A DNA stretch of 61,872 bases, filler included, from Candidatus Ancaeobacter aquaticus (GTDB lineage: Bacteria; Auribacterota; Ancaeobacteria; Ancaeobacterales; Ancaeobacteraceae), in NCBI GenBank assembly GCA_030765405.1. It is 5 parts of 5 records of this genome, joined end to end, with 100 filler letters (N's around TTAATTAATTAA, not from the genome) between each part and the next. Parts side by side here need not be neighbours in the genome. Positions count along the whole stretch, not along the records: positions 14,435 to 31,509 come from JAVCCP010000043.1; positions 31,610 to 38,817 come from JAVCCP010000003.1; 3 more parts are not named here. The stretch is one strand, 5' to 3'. The number at the start of each line of letters is the position of its first letter. Within the stretch, counting starts at the first letter, position 1. The notes under the pieces were generated by a model that saw only the letters and a program-made list of their open reading frames with translations, did no database searches and was not told the origin of the DNA. Below, piece by piece: positions 27,245 to 36,815 of this stretch. A program made the translations under genes and the position numbers.

Positions 27245-27823
27245 ATGAAAACATTTTTTAGGATCATTTGTATAGGGTTATTAGTCGTATTATTTTCAGA
27301 ATTTAGCTTTGCCAAGGAATTCAATTTTAGGAAAACAAATTGGGGAATGTCCATTGCACAAGTTAAGTCTTCAGAACCCCCGGCTAAGTGGGAGGGAGAT
27401 GGAAATAGGTTGCTTTATAAAACTAATGTAATTGGTAAAGATGTAATCATCGCATACTATTTCGTTGACAATCAGTTAGTGCGAGCAGAATATGTGTTAG
27501 TGGATAACCATACGAATTTAAACGATTTCATAGGAGATTATACTGATTTTGAAGAGATATTAATTAAAAAATACGGAAAGCCAAAACGAGATGAACAAGT
27601 ATGGAGAAACGATTTGTTCAAAGAAAAGCATTCAGATTGGGGCATGGCCATAAGCGTTGGGCATTTAATGTATTATTCTAGTTGGGAAACACAGGATACG
27701 GAGATAGATATTTTGTTAATGGGGGAAAACTACATTGTAAAGTGTGTGGTGGAATATAGAAGTAAGAATCTAAAAGCAAAGGAAAAAAAAGCTCGAGAGA
27801 AAAAAGCATTGGATGTATTCTAG
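27245..27823 (+). CDS. Exported hypothetical protein
   Basis: Signal peptide 'MKTFFRII..SFA'; 'FRKTNWGMS..VK' and 'KKYGKP' resemble blocks in 16310-17011 and 25231-26868. Confidence 0.75.
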   Translation: MKTFFRIICIGLLVVLFSEFSFAKEFNFRKTNWGMSIAQVKSSEPPAKWEGDGNRLLYKTNVIGKDVIIAYYFVDNQLVRAEYVLVDNHTNLNDFIGDYTDFEEILIKKYGKPKRDEQVWRNDLFKEKHSDWGMAISVGHLMYYSSWETQDTEIDILLMGENYIVKCVVEYRSKNLKAKEKKAREKKALDVF

Positions 27824-27909
27824 GAGGCTGCTAATGTTTAGTTGCTCAAAAAGGTGGAATATTGTGCAGACAAAAAAGAAACTCGTATATTAATTGTTAG
27901 GAAAAAAAT

Positions 27910-28686
27910 ATGATACAAGATAAGCTTTTTGCAGACAAAACAGGAGCTGAAGGCTACAAAATAGAATCTGTTGGCGATATAATTAAATTAGTTGTCGGAA
28001 AAAATAAACAACGATATTTTAGAGGGCAAGCCAATGTAAGTTGGGAAATTCGACCTAGTATCGGTCGAAACAATTTTGAGATTGGTGGACATAAAATATT
28101 GACCTCTTTAAAAAAAGATCAAGAGGAGGAATTGTTGCATAGATTTCGGAGACATACTTATGAGCATCAGGGAAGAATCCTCGATAAATGGGAAGCTCTT
28201 TTTTTAGCAAGGCACCACGGTTTACCAGTGAGACTATTAGATTGGACAACAAATCCTTTAGTTGCGCTTTATTGGGCGTCCATAGGAGGGCATAATAGCG
28301 ATGGAGTGATTTGGGTATTCGAGAGGAGGAAGCGTAAACTTAAGGATAGTATCGACGTGTTTGATAAGAAATATAAAAATCCCGAAGATATCAAGGGAAT
28401 AAGAATTATACATCCCTTTTATCCTTCAAAACGCATGACCGCTCAAGCTGGTATATTTACTATTCATAAGAACCCCGCCGAGGATATTGCAGAAATATCT
28501 AAAACAAAACATGGTAATAATAATGATATATTAAAAGGTTTTAAGTGTTTGGTGCCAAATAGTAGCAAAATGGAAATATTAAGACAATTGGATAGATTGA
28601 ATATTAATGAACGTCTACTTTTTCCAGAGTTAGATGGTATTGCAAAAGGTTTGCTCTATACAGAATTGTTGTTTGGATGTAAGTAG
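27910..28686 (+). CDS. FRG domain protein
   Basis: 'YFRGQAN..W...PSIGR', 'ARHHGLPVRLLDWTTNPLVALYWA', 'RMTAQAGIFT', 'LFPELDG'. Confidence 0.9.
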   Translation: MIQDKLFADKTGAEGYKIESVGDIIKLVVGKNKQRYFRGQANVSWEIRPSIGRNNFEIGGHKILTSLKKDQEEELLHRFRRHTYEHQGRILDKWEALFLARHHGLPVRLLDWTTNPLVALYWASIGGHNSDGVIWVFERRKRKLKDSIDVFDKKYKNPEDIKGIRIIHPFYPSKRMTAQAGIFTIHKNPAEDIAEISKTKHGNNNDILKGFKCLVPNSSKMEILRQLDRLNINERLLFPELDGIAKGLLYTELLFGCK

Positions 28687-28758
28687 GAAAAGGGGTCATA
28701 CCTGATTTAAATTGATTTAAGTATAAAAAAGTTAGGCAGTATACATGGTCACTCTCAT

Positions 28759-29646
28759 CTAAAAATATTCGTTCAATTTCTTTGGCTCCACTAACTCTTG
28801 TCTATCGATATACATTGTGCCATCAGACTTGATATTGATAGACCATTTTATTAGTACTATTTTGCCATTTTGTATCTCAATTCCTGTGATACAACGTGGG
28901 TGCACACAACTGCCTGTATTAAAATATGGTGGTTCATTAGGATTAGGGAATACTGAACGGTGAGTATGGCCTGCTATTATGATTTGATTGTTATCTTTTG
29001 CCCAGTTACTGATTTCTTTTTCAATCTTTATACGTGTTTTGAAATTCTTTGCAGGGCTGGTAGTGTCCTCAACTCCGATTGATTGAAGAAGTTTCCAGAT
29101 AGTGCTGACACACAACCTGCCAACCCACCAGAAAGAGTCATTCAAAAATTGTCCCTGGTGTCCATGTGTTAGGAATATTTTATTTTTTGTATCCGAGTAT
29201 TGAAGTATTAAACCTTCATGTGTTTCAATACCTTCAAATAGCGGTTCATGGCAATCCTTACGTTCGTTATAATAGCCGTAAAGGTGCTTCTTAACGTTCT
29301 TCGGATTTTTCCATTTTCTGTTGTGATTTCCCCAGATAAAATAAAATCTATTATTCTGATGAAATTTACTCATTAGCTTAAATATATGGCTATAGGCACT
29401 TCTTATAGTAGTAAATTTTCTGTTTTCCCAAAGCTCATCTCCATCTCCGATTTCAATGTAGGCAAATCCGTTGTTATAGTAGTAATTCAACGCATAAAAA
29501 AAGATATTTTGATTATGAGAAAAGTCATCTGCCAAGCTATTATCACCCCGGTGGCAATCGCTAAATAAAATGAATTTAGATGAATCATCAAATGGAATTT
29601 CCTTTGATGAGTTAAATACTTCGGTTAGGCGATTGCCAGTAAACAT
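28759..29646 (-). CDS. Calcineurin-like metallophosphoesterase
   Basis: 'SDCH', 'GDGDE', 'GNHN', 'THGH', 'GHTH', 'NTGS'. Confidence 0.88.
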   Translation of the reverse strand: MFTGNRLTEVFNSSKEIPFDDSSKFILFSDCHRGDNSLADDFSHNQNIFFYALNYYYNNGFAYIEIGDGDELWENRKFTTIRSAYSHIFKLMSKFHQNNRFYFIWGNHNRKWKNPKNVKKHLYGYYNERKDCHEPLFEGIETHEGLILQYSDTKNKIFLTHGHQGQFLNDSFWWVGRLCVSTIWKLLQSIGVEDTTSPAKNFKTRIKIEKEISNWAKDNNQIIIAGHTHRSVFPNPNEPPYFNTGSCVHPRCITGIEIQNGKIVLIKWSINIKSDGTMYIDRQELVEPKKLNEYF

Positions 29647-29671
29647 AACTAGATTTCCATTTTTTGATTAT

Positions 29672-31147
29672 TCATTTATTTGTTTTCATTGCCATGCTCT
29701 GTAATATACCCTTCACATAGGCAATGCTTCTTTTTGGGTTATCTTTTGACCTATCTTTTATCTTATCGAAAGCGAAGTTAACTTTATCAATCCCATACTC
29801 ATCTACCATATTTATAATATCTTCTATATCAACTAGATTATTTTCACAAAAGACAATTTTGGCATATTCCTGTGCCTCTTTGACCTTGTCTTTTCCATAT
29901 TTGTCGTAGAGCTTTTCTAATTCCTTGTCAAAATTTTCAATACTGTATAAATTCTTTAACCTATATCTATTTGGCAGTCTGTTATCATATCCTCTGCCAG
30001 AATCAATATTTCCATATTCGATTTCGAGCAAATTCCAATGTCTAAGTTCAGCCATTCCATCACTGATTCTTTCTTTACCAACTTTGTATTTTTCAACTAA
30101 TGCCTTTTTACTCATCATCCACATCCTATGTTCAGGCCCGCCCTCTATAAGATTTATGAAATAACAATATCTTCCGGAAAGTGATAATCTCATATCCCAA
30201 CCTTCTTGCCAGAATTTCTCAGGAATCTCAAAATATTTCTTTTTAGTATCATTAAATGGTTTTAATACAACTTTAGCATTTTTCCCTCTTACAGGTGTGT
30301 ATTTGAGAAGTCCGTATTTATTTTGTAAATTCCTCAATGAATGATAACCCAGCATTTCCCTGTATCTTTCTTTCGACAATCTGTCGGAAATCCCAATATA
30401 TTCAGCGACTTTCTTATAATCAAAGTCAATTGTCTCATCAGGTTTGTAGTGTCCAACAAGATACATATATACGTCCCAGAAATAATCATTTGAATGAGAA
30501 ACAAAATCACTCAATACGGTAATCATAATATCATTATTAAAAATGATATATTTTTGAGATATCTTAGCGCTTGCCTCATGATCAATCTGTATCTTTTTAA
30601 AATCATCCAGAAAATCGCTTGCGACTTCTTCTGATTTAAAAAGCACAGAGTATTCATTACTCCTAGTTAAAGCATTCTTTGTCCAGTTATGGCTACCAAT
30701 AATGACTATCTCATCGTCAATAAGGATACATTTACCATGAGTGTATATCTCAAGCTTATCAAAAGAAACATCTATACCATTTGCTTTAAGATAATCAAAA
30801 GCCCTTCTATTTTTCTCTGCCTTTTCATAATCCCTCCCAAGAAGCCTGGTCCCCTTAAAGACTATTGTTTGATCGAGGATAACCTTAACATCAACACCAC
30901 GTTCTTTAGCTTTAACCAGGTCATTAACCAATATAGAGACCGTAGATTTAGGTTGGTCTTTTTTGAAATTAATATAGTACATGACAAGATAAATAGAGTC
31001 TTTGGCTTCAGCGAAAGATTTATGAACAGCAGTAAAGTACTCCTGATTACTCAAAGGTGTAATTTCTTCTGAAAGTGCATTAGAAGAGAATAGGGGAGAG
31101 AGAAGACTAAAAAGAATTATTGAAGTTAGAAGTAAACGTTTAATCAT
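29672..31147 (-). CDS. PLD/HKD-domain protein with C-terminal putative wHTH and DnaD/DnaB_2-like region
   Basis: Signal-like N-terminus; single 'HGKCILID' (HxKx4D) and 'IGSHNW'; C-terminus 'EYGIDKVNFAFD...IAYVKGILQS'. Confidence 0.75.
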   Translation of the reverse strand: MIKRLLLTSIILFSLLSPLFSSNALSEEITPLSNQEYFTAVHKSFAEAKDSIYLVMYYINFKKDQPKSTVSILVNDLVKAKERGVDVKVILDQTIVFKGTRLLGRDYEKAEKNRRAFDYLKANGIDVSFDKLEIYTHGKCILIDDEIVIIGSHNWTKNALTRSNEYSVLFKSEEVASDFLDDFKKIQIDHEASAKISQKYIIFNNDIMITVLSDFVSHSNDYFWDVYMYLVGHYKPDETIDFDYKKVAEYIGISDRLSKERYREMLGYHSLRNLQNKYGLLKYTPVRGKNAKVVLKPFNDTKKKYFEIPEKFWQEGWDMRLSLSGRYCYFINLIEGGPEHRMWMMSKKALVEKYKVGKERISDGMAELRHWNLLEIEYGNIDSGRGYDNRLPNRYRLKNLYSIENFDKELEKLYDKYGKDKVKEAQEYAKIVFCENNLVDIEDIINMVDEYGIDKVNFAFDKIKDRSKDNPKRSIAYVKGILQSMAMKTNK

Positions 31148-31185
31148 GTCTCAAATTATAGTCTAACCATTACATAAAATCAAAT

Positions 31186-31353
31186 CCAATAAGGAGTGTC
31201 GGCTTTATTTATTCACAAATAATATCTTCTTATACAATCCAGCCAAAAGTCTGTGGGAAGAAAAAATTATTTGTGCATAGCCTCCTTATAAATTCGCTCG
31301 CACCTTAATAAGATTATATTCCTTACAGGAAACAAACTCATCAAGCCGCTCGC
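31186..31353. repeat. ~170-bp dispersed repeat, copy 2
   Basis: Blocks shared with 17218-17390. Confidence 0.75.
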
Positions 31354-31382
31354 AAAAAAACACCCAAGGAAAAGCAAAAACA

Positions 31383-31509
31383 AAAAGAAGGGGCAAAAAA
31401 GCCGAGCCAGCCTCGGCGAGGCGTGGCATGACCTAGTGCCACACAATACTGCGACTGACGTTCAGGAGGGAGCAGCAGAATACTACATTGGAATAGCCCA
31501 GCCCTGCGA
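31383..31509. repeat. Right copy of 127-bp terminal inverted repeat of contig 2; GC-rich, tandem hairpins
   Basis: Reverse complement of 14435-14561; hairpins GCCGAG-ccagc-CTCGGC and GTGGCA-tgacctag-TGCCAC. Confidence 0.95.
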
Positions 31510-31609
31510 NNNNNNNNNNNNNNNNNNNNNNNNNNNNNNNNNNNNNNNNNNNNTTAATTAATTAANNNNNNNNNNNNNNNNNNNNNNNNNNNNNNNNNNN
31601 NNNNNNNNN
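31510..31609. other. Artificial contig spacer
   Basis: N-run with TTAATTAATTAA. Confidence 0.98.
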
Positions 31610-31736
31610 GGCTTTTTTGACAGGCGGCTGAAATGGGGCAGCCGCCTACCTAAGGATGATTAGTTAAAGAAATTTATGCAAGACATGTATTAGATGAGTT
31701 TTTTTGTTTGGCAAATCACTGTCGTTTATCTGTCAT
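31610..31736. repeat. Left copy of 127-bp terminal inverted repeat of contig 3
   Basis: Exact reverse complement of 38691-38817; contains hairpin AGGCGGCTG-8 nt-CAGCCGCCT. Confidence 0.95.
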
Positions 31737-31910
31737 CCGTAGGTACGGATAACCTTGTATGTAGGTTCTAAAATACCTTCAAATAATTCCCAAAAGATAA
31801 TGCATCCGCCAAAAGCGGATGGAACAGGACGACTACAATTGCCTCGAGAGGAAAGTTTTATTATTGGATTTCTGTTTTTTTCGCCACCCTTTTCATTCAT
31901 GCCCTTGGGT

Positions 31911-33731
31911 TTAGAAATCTTGCTTAGCCCAATTCATTAATTTAATCCCTAAATTTCTTAACTCTTTATTATAAAATATTCTATGCGGAAATTTCTGAAA
32001 AAGAAATATATCAAATCTTAACGTCCGATTATTTTCTAAATTCTTTTCTAAAAACAATTCCTCTAAATTCAATAAATTATCTTCGGCGAGACTAACTAAA
32101 GCTTCAAGATCTGCTACTTGAAGCCACTGAGGCATTATACAATATTTTTGTTGATAAAGTTGTGTTTCTTGAATCAGAAGATCAAGATACCCTTTACAAC
32201 AAACATCGTCGACTATGGTTTCTGCCGCAAATGTTATTATTGGAAATATTCTTTTGGGATCCTGTTTTTTATTATGTCTGATATAATTTATTAAATCATC
32301 ATAATGAACATTCTGCTGCCACATGCCTTCTGTAATCAAACCCTCATCTTCCCGTTTCACTTCTGCCCATTGAACCTTTTCTCCTTTATCTAACTTGCTA
32401 AGAATGTTTTTATTTGGACCAAACACTCTTTCCTTTTCTTTTCCGCCTAAAAGAAAATCAGTCGGAAGTCTACCGCCCTTATGCTCAAAGTAAAAACAAT
32501 CACTGTTCCTTTGTAAAAGACAGTCACTAATTTCTTCTTCCTTATTATTTTTTGGGTTTGGAATATACGTCCATTGTCCACTTGAATCATTTTGCGATAT
32601 CTTTTCTACTAGAGCGTTAGCATAATCCTCATAAGCTAACCCTAGAGAATTTTGAAAATTGCTGCGCTCTTTACCGGATAATGCTTCAGATAATATAAAA
32701 AATGGTTCATCAATAATTTTATCAATTATAAATTCCGCTACTGGGCATATAATTTTGTTGGCAGCTGTCTCAATTAAAGGAAAGCGTCTAAGAGTAACGT
32801 AATCAAAGACTAATTGATCATCTTTGTTTTTGCGTTGATTTTTCCAATCATCTATTATCTTTGTATATTCCTGAGGAGAGCAGCTCCATTTCGAAATTAT
32901 CTCTTCAAAATGGAGCTTTTCTTCCTTGCTGATCTCCTTAAATAAAGTCTCCTTATTCAACCAAATATTATTTCGGTCAAGTTTATAAATAAGGGCAACT
33001 AAATGGGCTAAAATCGTAAAATAACGAGGAAGACTTATCCCACTTGTAATATCCTGAAAATGATTTTTAACATCTGGAAAATGATTTGGTAAAATCTCTG
33101 TGTAGAGTTTGTAATTTCGCCCTAAATTAGCCCAAGGAGTATACCATGTTTGATATTTGTTAAATTGATTTTGTCTTACCCAAGAAAGAACAAAATCGTG
33201 TCTCTCTACCAATTTCTCTACATTTACTGGAGACTGTTTGTCTTTTAAAATATCATTTATTATAAGTAATACACGACATATTCTCCTTGGGAGCTCATAG
33301 TCTAGCTCAGAACTTGTTTTATTTCTGTCATTAAAAGTTAGTGCAAGATTAGCCAAGTATGCAATATTATGTGAATGAATAAAGAGATGTCTTCCCTGGG
33401 TATAAGGGATCCTTCCAGGGCAGTACATTCTATCTGCTTGAGGAAGCTTATGTGGAAAATCATCTACAATGGCTAACTTCAAATATTCTGCTTGTCGGCT
33501 AGCGTCTAGAATATCTGGTTTGTCTTTCTCTGGGTACTCTAGAAATTGTACGGATAAAGAGCTTAGATATCCTAAAACTGCCTCCAGTGGCATGCGAGCA
33601 ATTTCTTCATTTAGAATATCATAGTTAATATTAGCATCTCCTCCGAGCTCTTTGAATGATGTATAACTTTGATATCCTATTTGTTTACTGTTCATTTTTC
33701 TATTAAACATCGTCATTTTTGCTAAAACCAA
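31911..33731 (-). CDS. Large protein with putative C-terminal PD-(D/E)xK (NERD-like) nuclease domain
   Basis: 'GLAYEDY' helix then 'ISDCLL...FYFEHKG' (D...ExK); helical N-terminal region. Confidence 0.6.
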   Translation of the reverse strand: MVLAKMTMFNRKMNSKQIGYQSYTSFKELGGDANINYDILNEEIARMPLEAVLGYLSSLSVQFLEYPEKDKPDILDASRQAEYLKLAIVDDFPHKLPQADRMYCPGRIPYTQGRHLFIHSHNIAYLANLALTFNDRNKTSSELDYELPRRICRVLLIINDILKDKQSPVNVEKLVERHDFVLSWVRQNQFNKYQTWYTPWANLGRNYKLYTEILPNHFPDVKNHFQDITSGISLPRYFTILAHLVALIYKLDRNNIWLNKETLFKEISKEEKLHFEEIISKWSCSPQEYTKIIDDWKNQRKNKDDQLVFDYVTLRRFPLIETAANKIICPVAEFIIDKIIDEPFFILSEALSGKERSNFQNSLGLAYEDYANALVEKISQNDSSGQWTYIPNPKNNKEEEISDCLLQRNSDCFYFEHKGGRLPTDFLLGGKEKERVFGPNKNILSKLDKGEKVQWAEVKREDEGLITEGMWQQNVHYDDLINYIRHNKKQDPKRIFPIITFAAETIVDDVCCKGYLDLLIQETQLYQQKYCIMPQWLQVADLEALVSLAEDNLLNLEELFLEKNLENNRTLRFDIFLFQKFPHRIFYNKELRNLGIKLMNWAKQDF

Positions 33732-35466
33732 TTAAAAGGTGAACGATTAGCCACAAAAGAAAAAAAGATGATGAGCTGTTTATATCCTTTGAATCTATTA
33801 ATCCATGACACACCCTGTTTCTTAAGTTGGGGCCGCATTTTTCTATAAAGAGAGATCGCATCTCCCATACTAAATCCTTACTAAATATCTCTTCAGCATT
33901 TGAATTATTTAAAAGTTGGTTCAGATCTCGTTCTTCCTGCACCCCCTCTGGTGAAACCGAGGTTGTTTTTAACTTATTTATAGCAAAAATCAGCCTTATT
34001 GAATTTTCTATTTGAGGGACAATTAAATGGGTAAAAATCAGAAAATCACTTTCAAATCCAGCAATAATTGCTCGCTCAAATATATCCCTTCTTTCTTCTG
34101 GTACGAATTTACTTTTGCCAATCAATTCTTTTATTGCCTCTTTCCAAGAATCTCCCGACTGCAAAATCAAATAAATACCTCTTTTCAAAGTAGTACAGGC
34201 AGATAGATTTTGACCAAGATTATAACTTCTAATTATCTGTGCATTGAGCGTGGTTTCATGCTCATCACTCATCCCGCCGATTTTAGCTGAGACATTGCCT
34301 TCCTCGGTTAATATATGGGTATCAAATAACCCCTGCAGAGGATGCTCTTTTAGATTCTTTTCGGCAGTTTCTCTCTCTTGCTCATAAGAAAAAGGCTTAT
34401 ATAGAGCAGCAAATGCCGCAATTGCACCCTTCCCTGCTTTACCTTCAAGTAAATCATCTGCAATTTTTATCAAAGGCGCTGCATCTATATGAGGAGAAGA
34501 AATAACCTTCATTTGACTTATGGTTAACTTATTCGCTTCTTTCAATTCATGTACTAAATCCTCTGCCTTCATTTTCTCACCTGCCGCGCGATAAGCGTGG
34601 ATAGCCTTTTCAAGCCTATACGCCAAATTAGAACCATCACAACCCTGAGGTGTTTTAAAACTTCTTGCCTCATCCTCCCAATGTTTCGCAATAGCAATCT
34701 TCATCTCTCTAGCCTTTTCTGAATCATTTGCATAACTGTAACATTTTGCTGCGTGCTCATAATATCTGTGTGGAGCATCACATCCTGGAGACATAGGGAA
34801 TCCCTTTGCTATCTCCACCACCTTATCTCCTAGATTTTTCCAATTATCAATAAGCTTATTTTCTATTAAAAGTTCTAAAAGTGAGGATGGCCAATAATCC
34901 TGCTTTGCGTTAAAGCATGTTTTTCTGCTTTCTTCAAATAGGCTAAGAATCTTCTTGCTCACAATCTGCCTTTCCTGAGCTTTCTCGCCTAACTCCATTG
35001 CCATTTGAGTAGCTCGCTTAAGCCATTCGCTTCTTTGCACCCACATTTCATTATTTTTATCCTCGTCTGCAGATTGCAAGTAAGCCTTAACTGCTTTTTG
35101 TGCATGTAAATAATTTCTTCCTCTTATCCAAAGCACATCATAAATTCTTGCAACAAATTGCGAGTTGGTTGATACCTTGACAATTTCTTCTAATTTTGAT
35201 AACTCATCTTCCTTTAAATCTTCTGGGATCAATGTTCTCCCTTGTGAGCTTGTCATAAGTGGACCAAATGGTTTACCCTTTTCGAATATAAAATACATAG
35301 AAAATACTCGCCAAAGCAGACTCATTGATATCTCTAATTCTCCGTCTCCTGTTTCCTTCGCTGCATTACGTCGTTGCTCAAAGGCTGAAAGAAGATTAGG
35401 GAATTTCTTACTTTTGACATCTGCTATTGCTTCTTCGAAATTTTCTAATAACCGTTTATCTAACAT
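33703..35466 (-). CDS. DUF4209-like protein with C-terminal HEPN (RxxxxH) motif
   Basis: 'HLIVPQIENSIR', 'GPNLRNRVCHG' (R-x4-H); AGGAG SD supports ATG 35466 over 35502. Confidence 0.75.
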   Translation of the reverse strand: MLDKRLLENFEEAIADVKSKKFPNLLSAFEQRRNAAKETGDGELEISMSLLWRVFSMYFIFEKGKPFGPLMTSSQGRTLIPEDLKEDELSKLEEIVKVSTNSQFVARIYDVLWIRGRNYLHAQKAVKAYLQSADEDKNNEMWVQRSEWLKRATQMAMELGEKAQERQIVSKKILSLFEESRKTCFNAKQDYWPSSLLELLIENKLIDNWKNLGDKVVEIAKGFPMSPGCDAPHRYYEHAAKCYSYANDSEKAREMKIAIAKHWEDEARSFKTPQGCDGSNLAYRLEKAIHAYRAAGEKMKAEDLVHELKEANKLTISQMKVISSPHIDAAPLIKIADDLLEGKAGKGAIAAFAALYKPFSYEQERETAEKNLKEHPLQGLFDTHILTEEGNVSAKIGGMSDEHETTLNAQIIRSYNLGQNLSACTTLKRGIYLILQSGDSWKEAIKELIGKSKFVPEERRDIFERAIIAGFESDFLIFTHLIVPQIENSIRLIFAINKLKTTSVSPEGVQEERDLNQLLNNSNAEEIFSKDLVWEMRSLFIEKCGPNLRNRVCHGLIDSKDINSSSSFFLLWLIVHLLIGFSKNDDV

Positions 35467-35525
35467 ATTTAATTTTGCTCCTTTTAGGGGGAACAACCAC
35501 ACAAATGGTGCCGATGAATCTGCAT

Positions 35526-36383
35526 CTAATAACTTTGAAAAAGCGTCTCGTATTGATCTTCAATATATTTTGAAACTAGCTCATCTTTCCAATACATTTT
35601 AGTTCCCCAAAATCCGTCTCCACCTCTTCCGGTAACGAAATAATCCTCACCACCACAACCAACAATGTTAAGCTGGAATTCTTTTTTAAAATACTTTGCC
35701 GAATCAATAGCATAACACATTAATTCATTATCGACATAAGCTTCATAGTTTCTAAATTTTTGTTTTATATGGCTTATTTGAAACTGTTCATAATCTAGGA
35801 TCGCACCAGACACAGCATTAAAAGTATTAAAGAAAATATCTGTACTTTCTTTCCGAATGTAATAATGCGAGTAAGGGTCGCTAGAACAAACTGAAACAAC
35901 TTTTTGCATATCGCTGACATCAGGCATTTTACTTTCGGAAGTTAAAATAAGAATGTCTAATAAACGCCCGCCACATTCAGAACAAAAAGGGAAATTTATG
36001 TTGATAATATCTATCAATTTATCGTTTTTGTAGTCCATCAACACAATATAATAGGGGATCCCTTTTTTCTGAAAAGGAGCGAATTTACTCAGATTCTTAA
36101 AATTAACATTTGTAGTTACATCGAACCTACAAGCTTGATCACCAAATAAACCAGCAAAGTCACAAGAATCGCCATAGTCTCCAGCAATTGTCAATTTGAA
36201 TTTATCGATACCATCAACATAAAAGAAAAGTTCGGCTCTTAACCCTATATAAGAATTATACGGTATTGTTTTCTGTTGGGACTCAAGGTAAGATAAGGCA
36301 TTTTTTACATCATCCCTATGTAATATGGAAAACATTATACTTCTAATCCTTCTATACTCCTCTGCAGGATGCACAATATTCAT
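35526..36383 (-). CDS. Hypothetical protein, possible divergent restriction-endonuclease fold with zinc finger
   Basis: 'GLRAELFF', 'CDFAG...RFDVTT', 'CSECGG' plus a later Cys/His. Confidence 0.5.
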   Translation of the reverse strand: MNIVHPAEEYRRIRSIMFSILHRDDVKNALSYLESQQKTIPYNSYIGLRAELFFYVDGIDKFKLTIAGDYGDSCDFAGLFGDQACRFDVTTNVNFKNLSKFAPFQKKGIPYYIVLMDYKNDKLIDIININFPFCSECGGRLLDILILTSESKMPDVSDMQKVVSVCSSDPYSHYYIRKESTDIFFNTFNAVSGAILDYEQFQISHIKQKFRNYEAYVDNELMCYAIDSAKYFKKEFQLNIVGCGGEDYFVTGRGGDGFWGTKMYWKDELVSKYIEDQYETLFQSY

Positions 36384-36389
36384 AATTTT

Positions 36390-36417
36390 ATTATATCAAA
36401 CCTTCTAAAATTATCAA
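36390..36417 (-). promoter_or_regulatory. Promoter for a probably leaderless nuclease operon
   Basis: TTGATA-16 nt-TATAAT with TG extension; ATG 36383 lies 6 nt downstream of the -10. Confidence 0.6.
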
Positions 36418-36591
36418 TTGCAGATAAATGTACTTTTACTAACTTATTTAGATGAAATTCTTTTTTTTGGTCCTCCTTAACTTATTGCTACAGTCCCTCC
36501 AGTAACTATAGTTTCTGTTAAAGAGCTGCTGGACTAAATTTTTACACACCCGGAGTGTATATGAGAGTTTGTCTCCATTTTAAAATATCCT

Positions 36592-36620
36592 TTGACGATG
36601 CATGTACAGAAGTGTAAAGT
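36592..36620 (+). promoter_or_regulatory. Promoter for the near-leaderless HTH-RT operon
   Basis: TTGACG-17 nt-TAAAGT; ATG at 36630, no SD; TACA-gaag-TGTA dyad in the spacer. Confidence 0.6.
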
Positions 36621-36629
36621 GAAAACATT

Positions 36630-36812
36630 ATGAAAAAACGATACAATCTAAGTGAAGCGGCAAAAGAATTAAGTTTAACTCGCCAAGGTCTCTATTATTG
36701 GATCGAGAAAGGGTGGGTTACACCTAAACGTGATTATAAAGACCATCCTATATTCACGGATGCTAATTTAAAAAAGATTAAAGAATGGCAAAACAGGTTA
36801 AACGAAGGATAA
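36630..36812 (+). CDS. MerR/excisionase-like HTH DNA-binding protein
   Basis: 'YNLSEAAKELSLTRQGLYYWIEKGWVTPKRD...PIFT'; stops 3 nt before the RT start. Confidence 0.8.
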   Translation: MKKRYNLSEAAKELSLTRQGLYYWIEKGWVTPKRDYKDHPIFTDANLKKIKEWQNRLNEG

Positions 36813-36815
36813 TTT

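Noticed and set aside
17491..28686. Integron cassette array
   Set aside because: Genes are co-oriented, but I found no recurring RYYYAAC...GTTRRRY attC hairpins and no integrase; an ATCTAAC at the stop near 58692 also lacks a matching GTT site.
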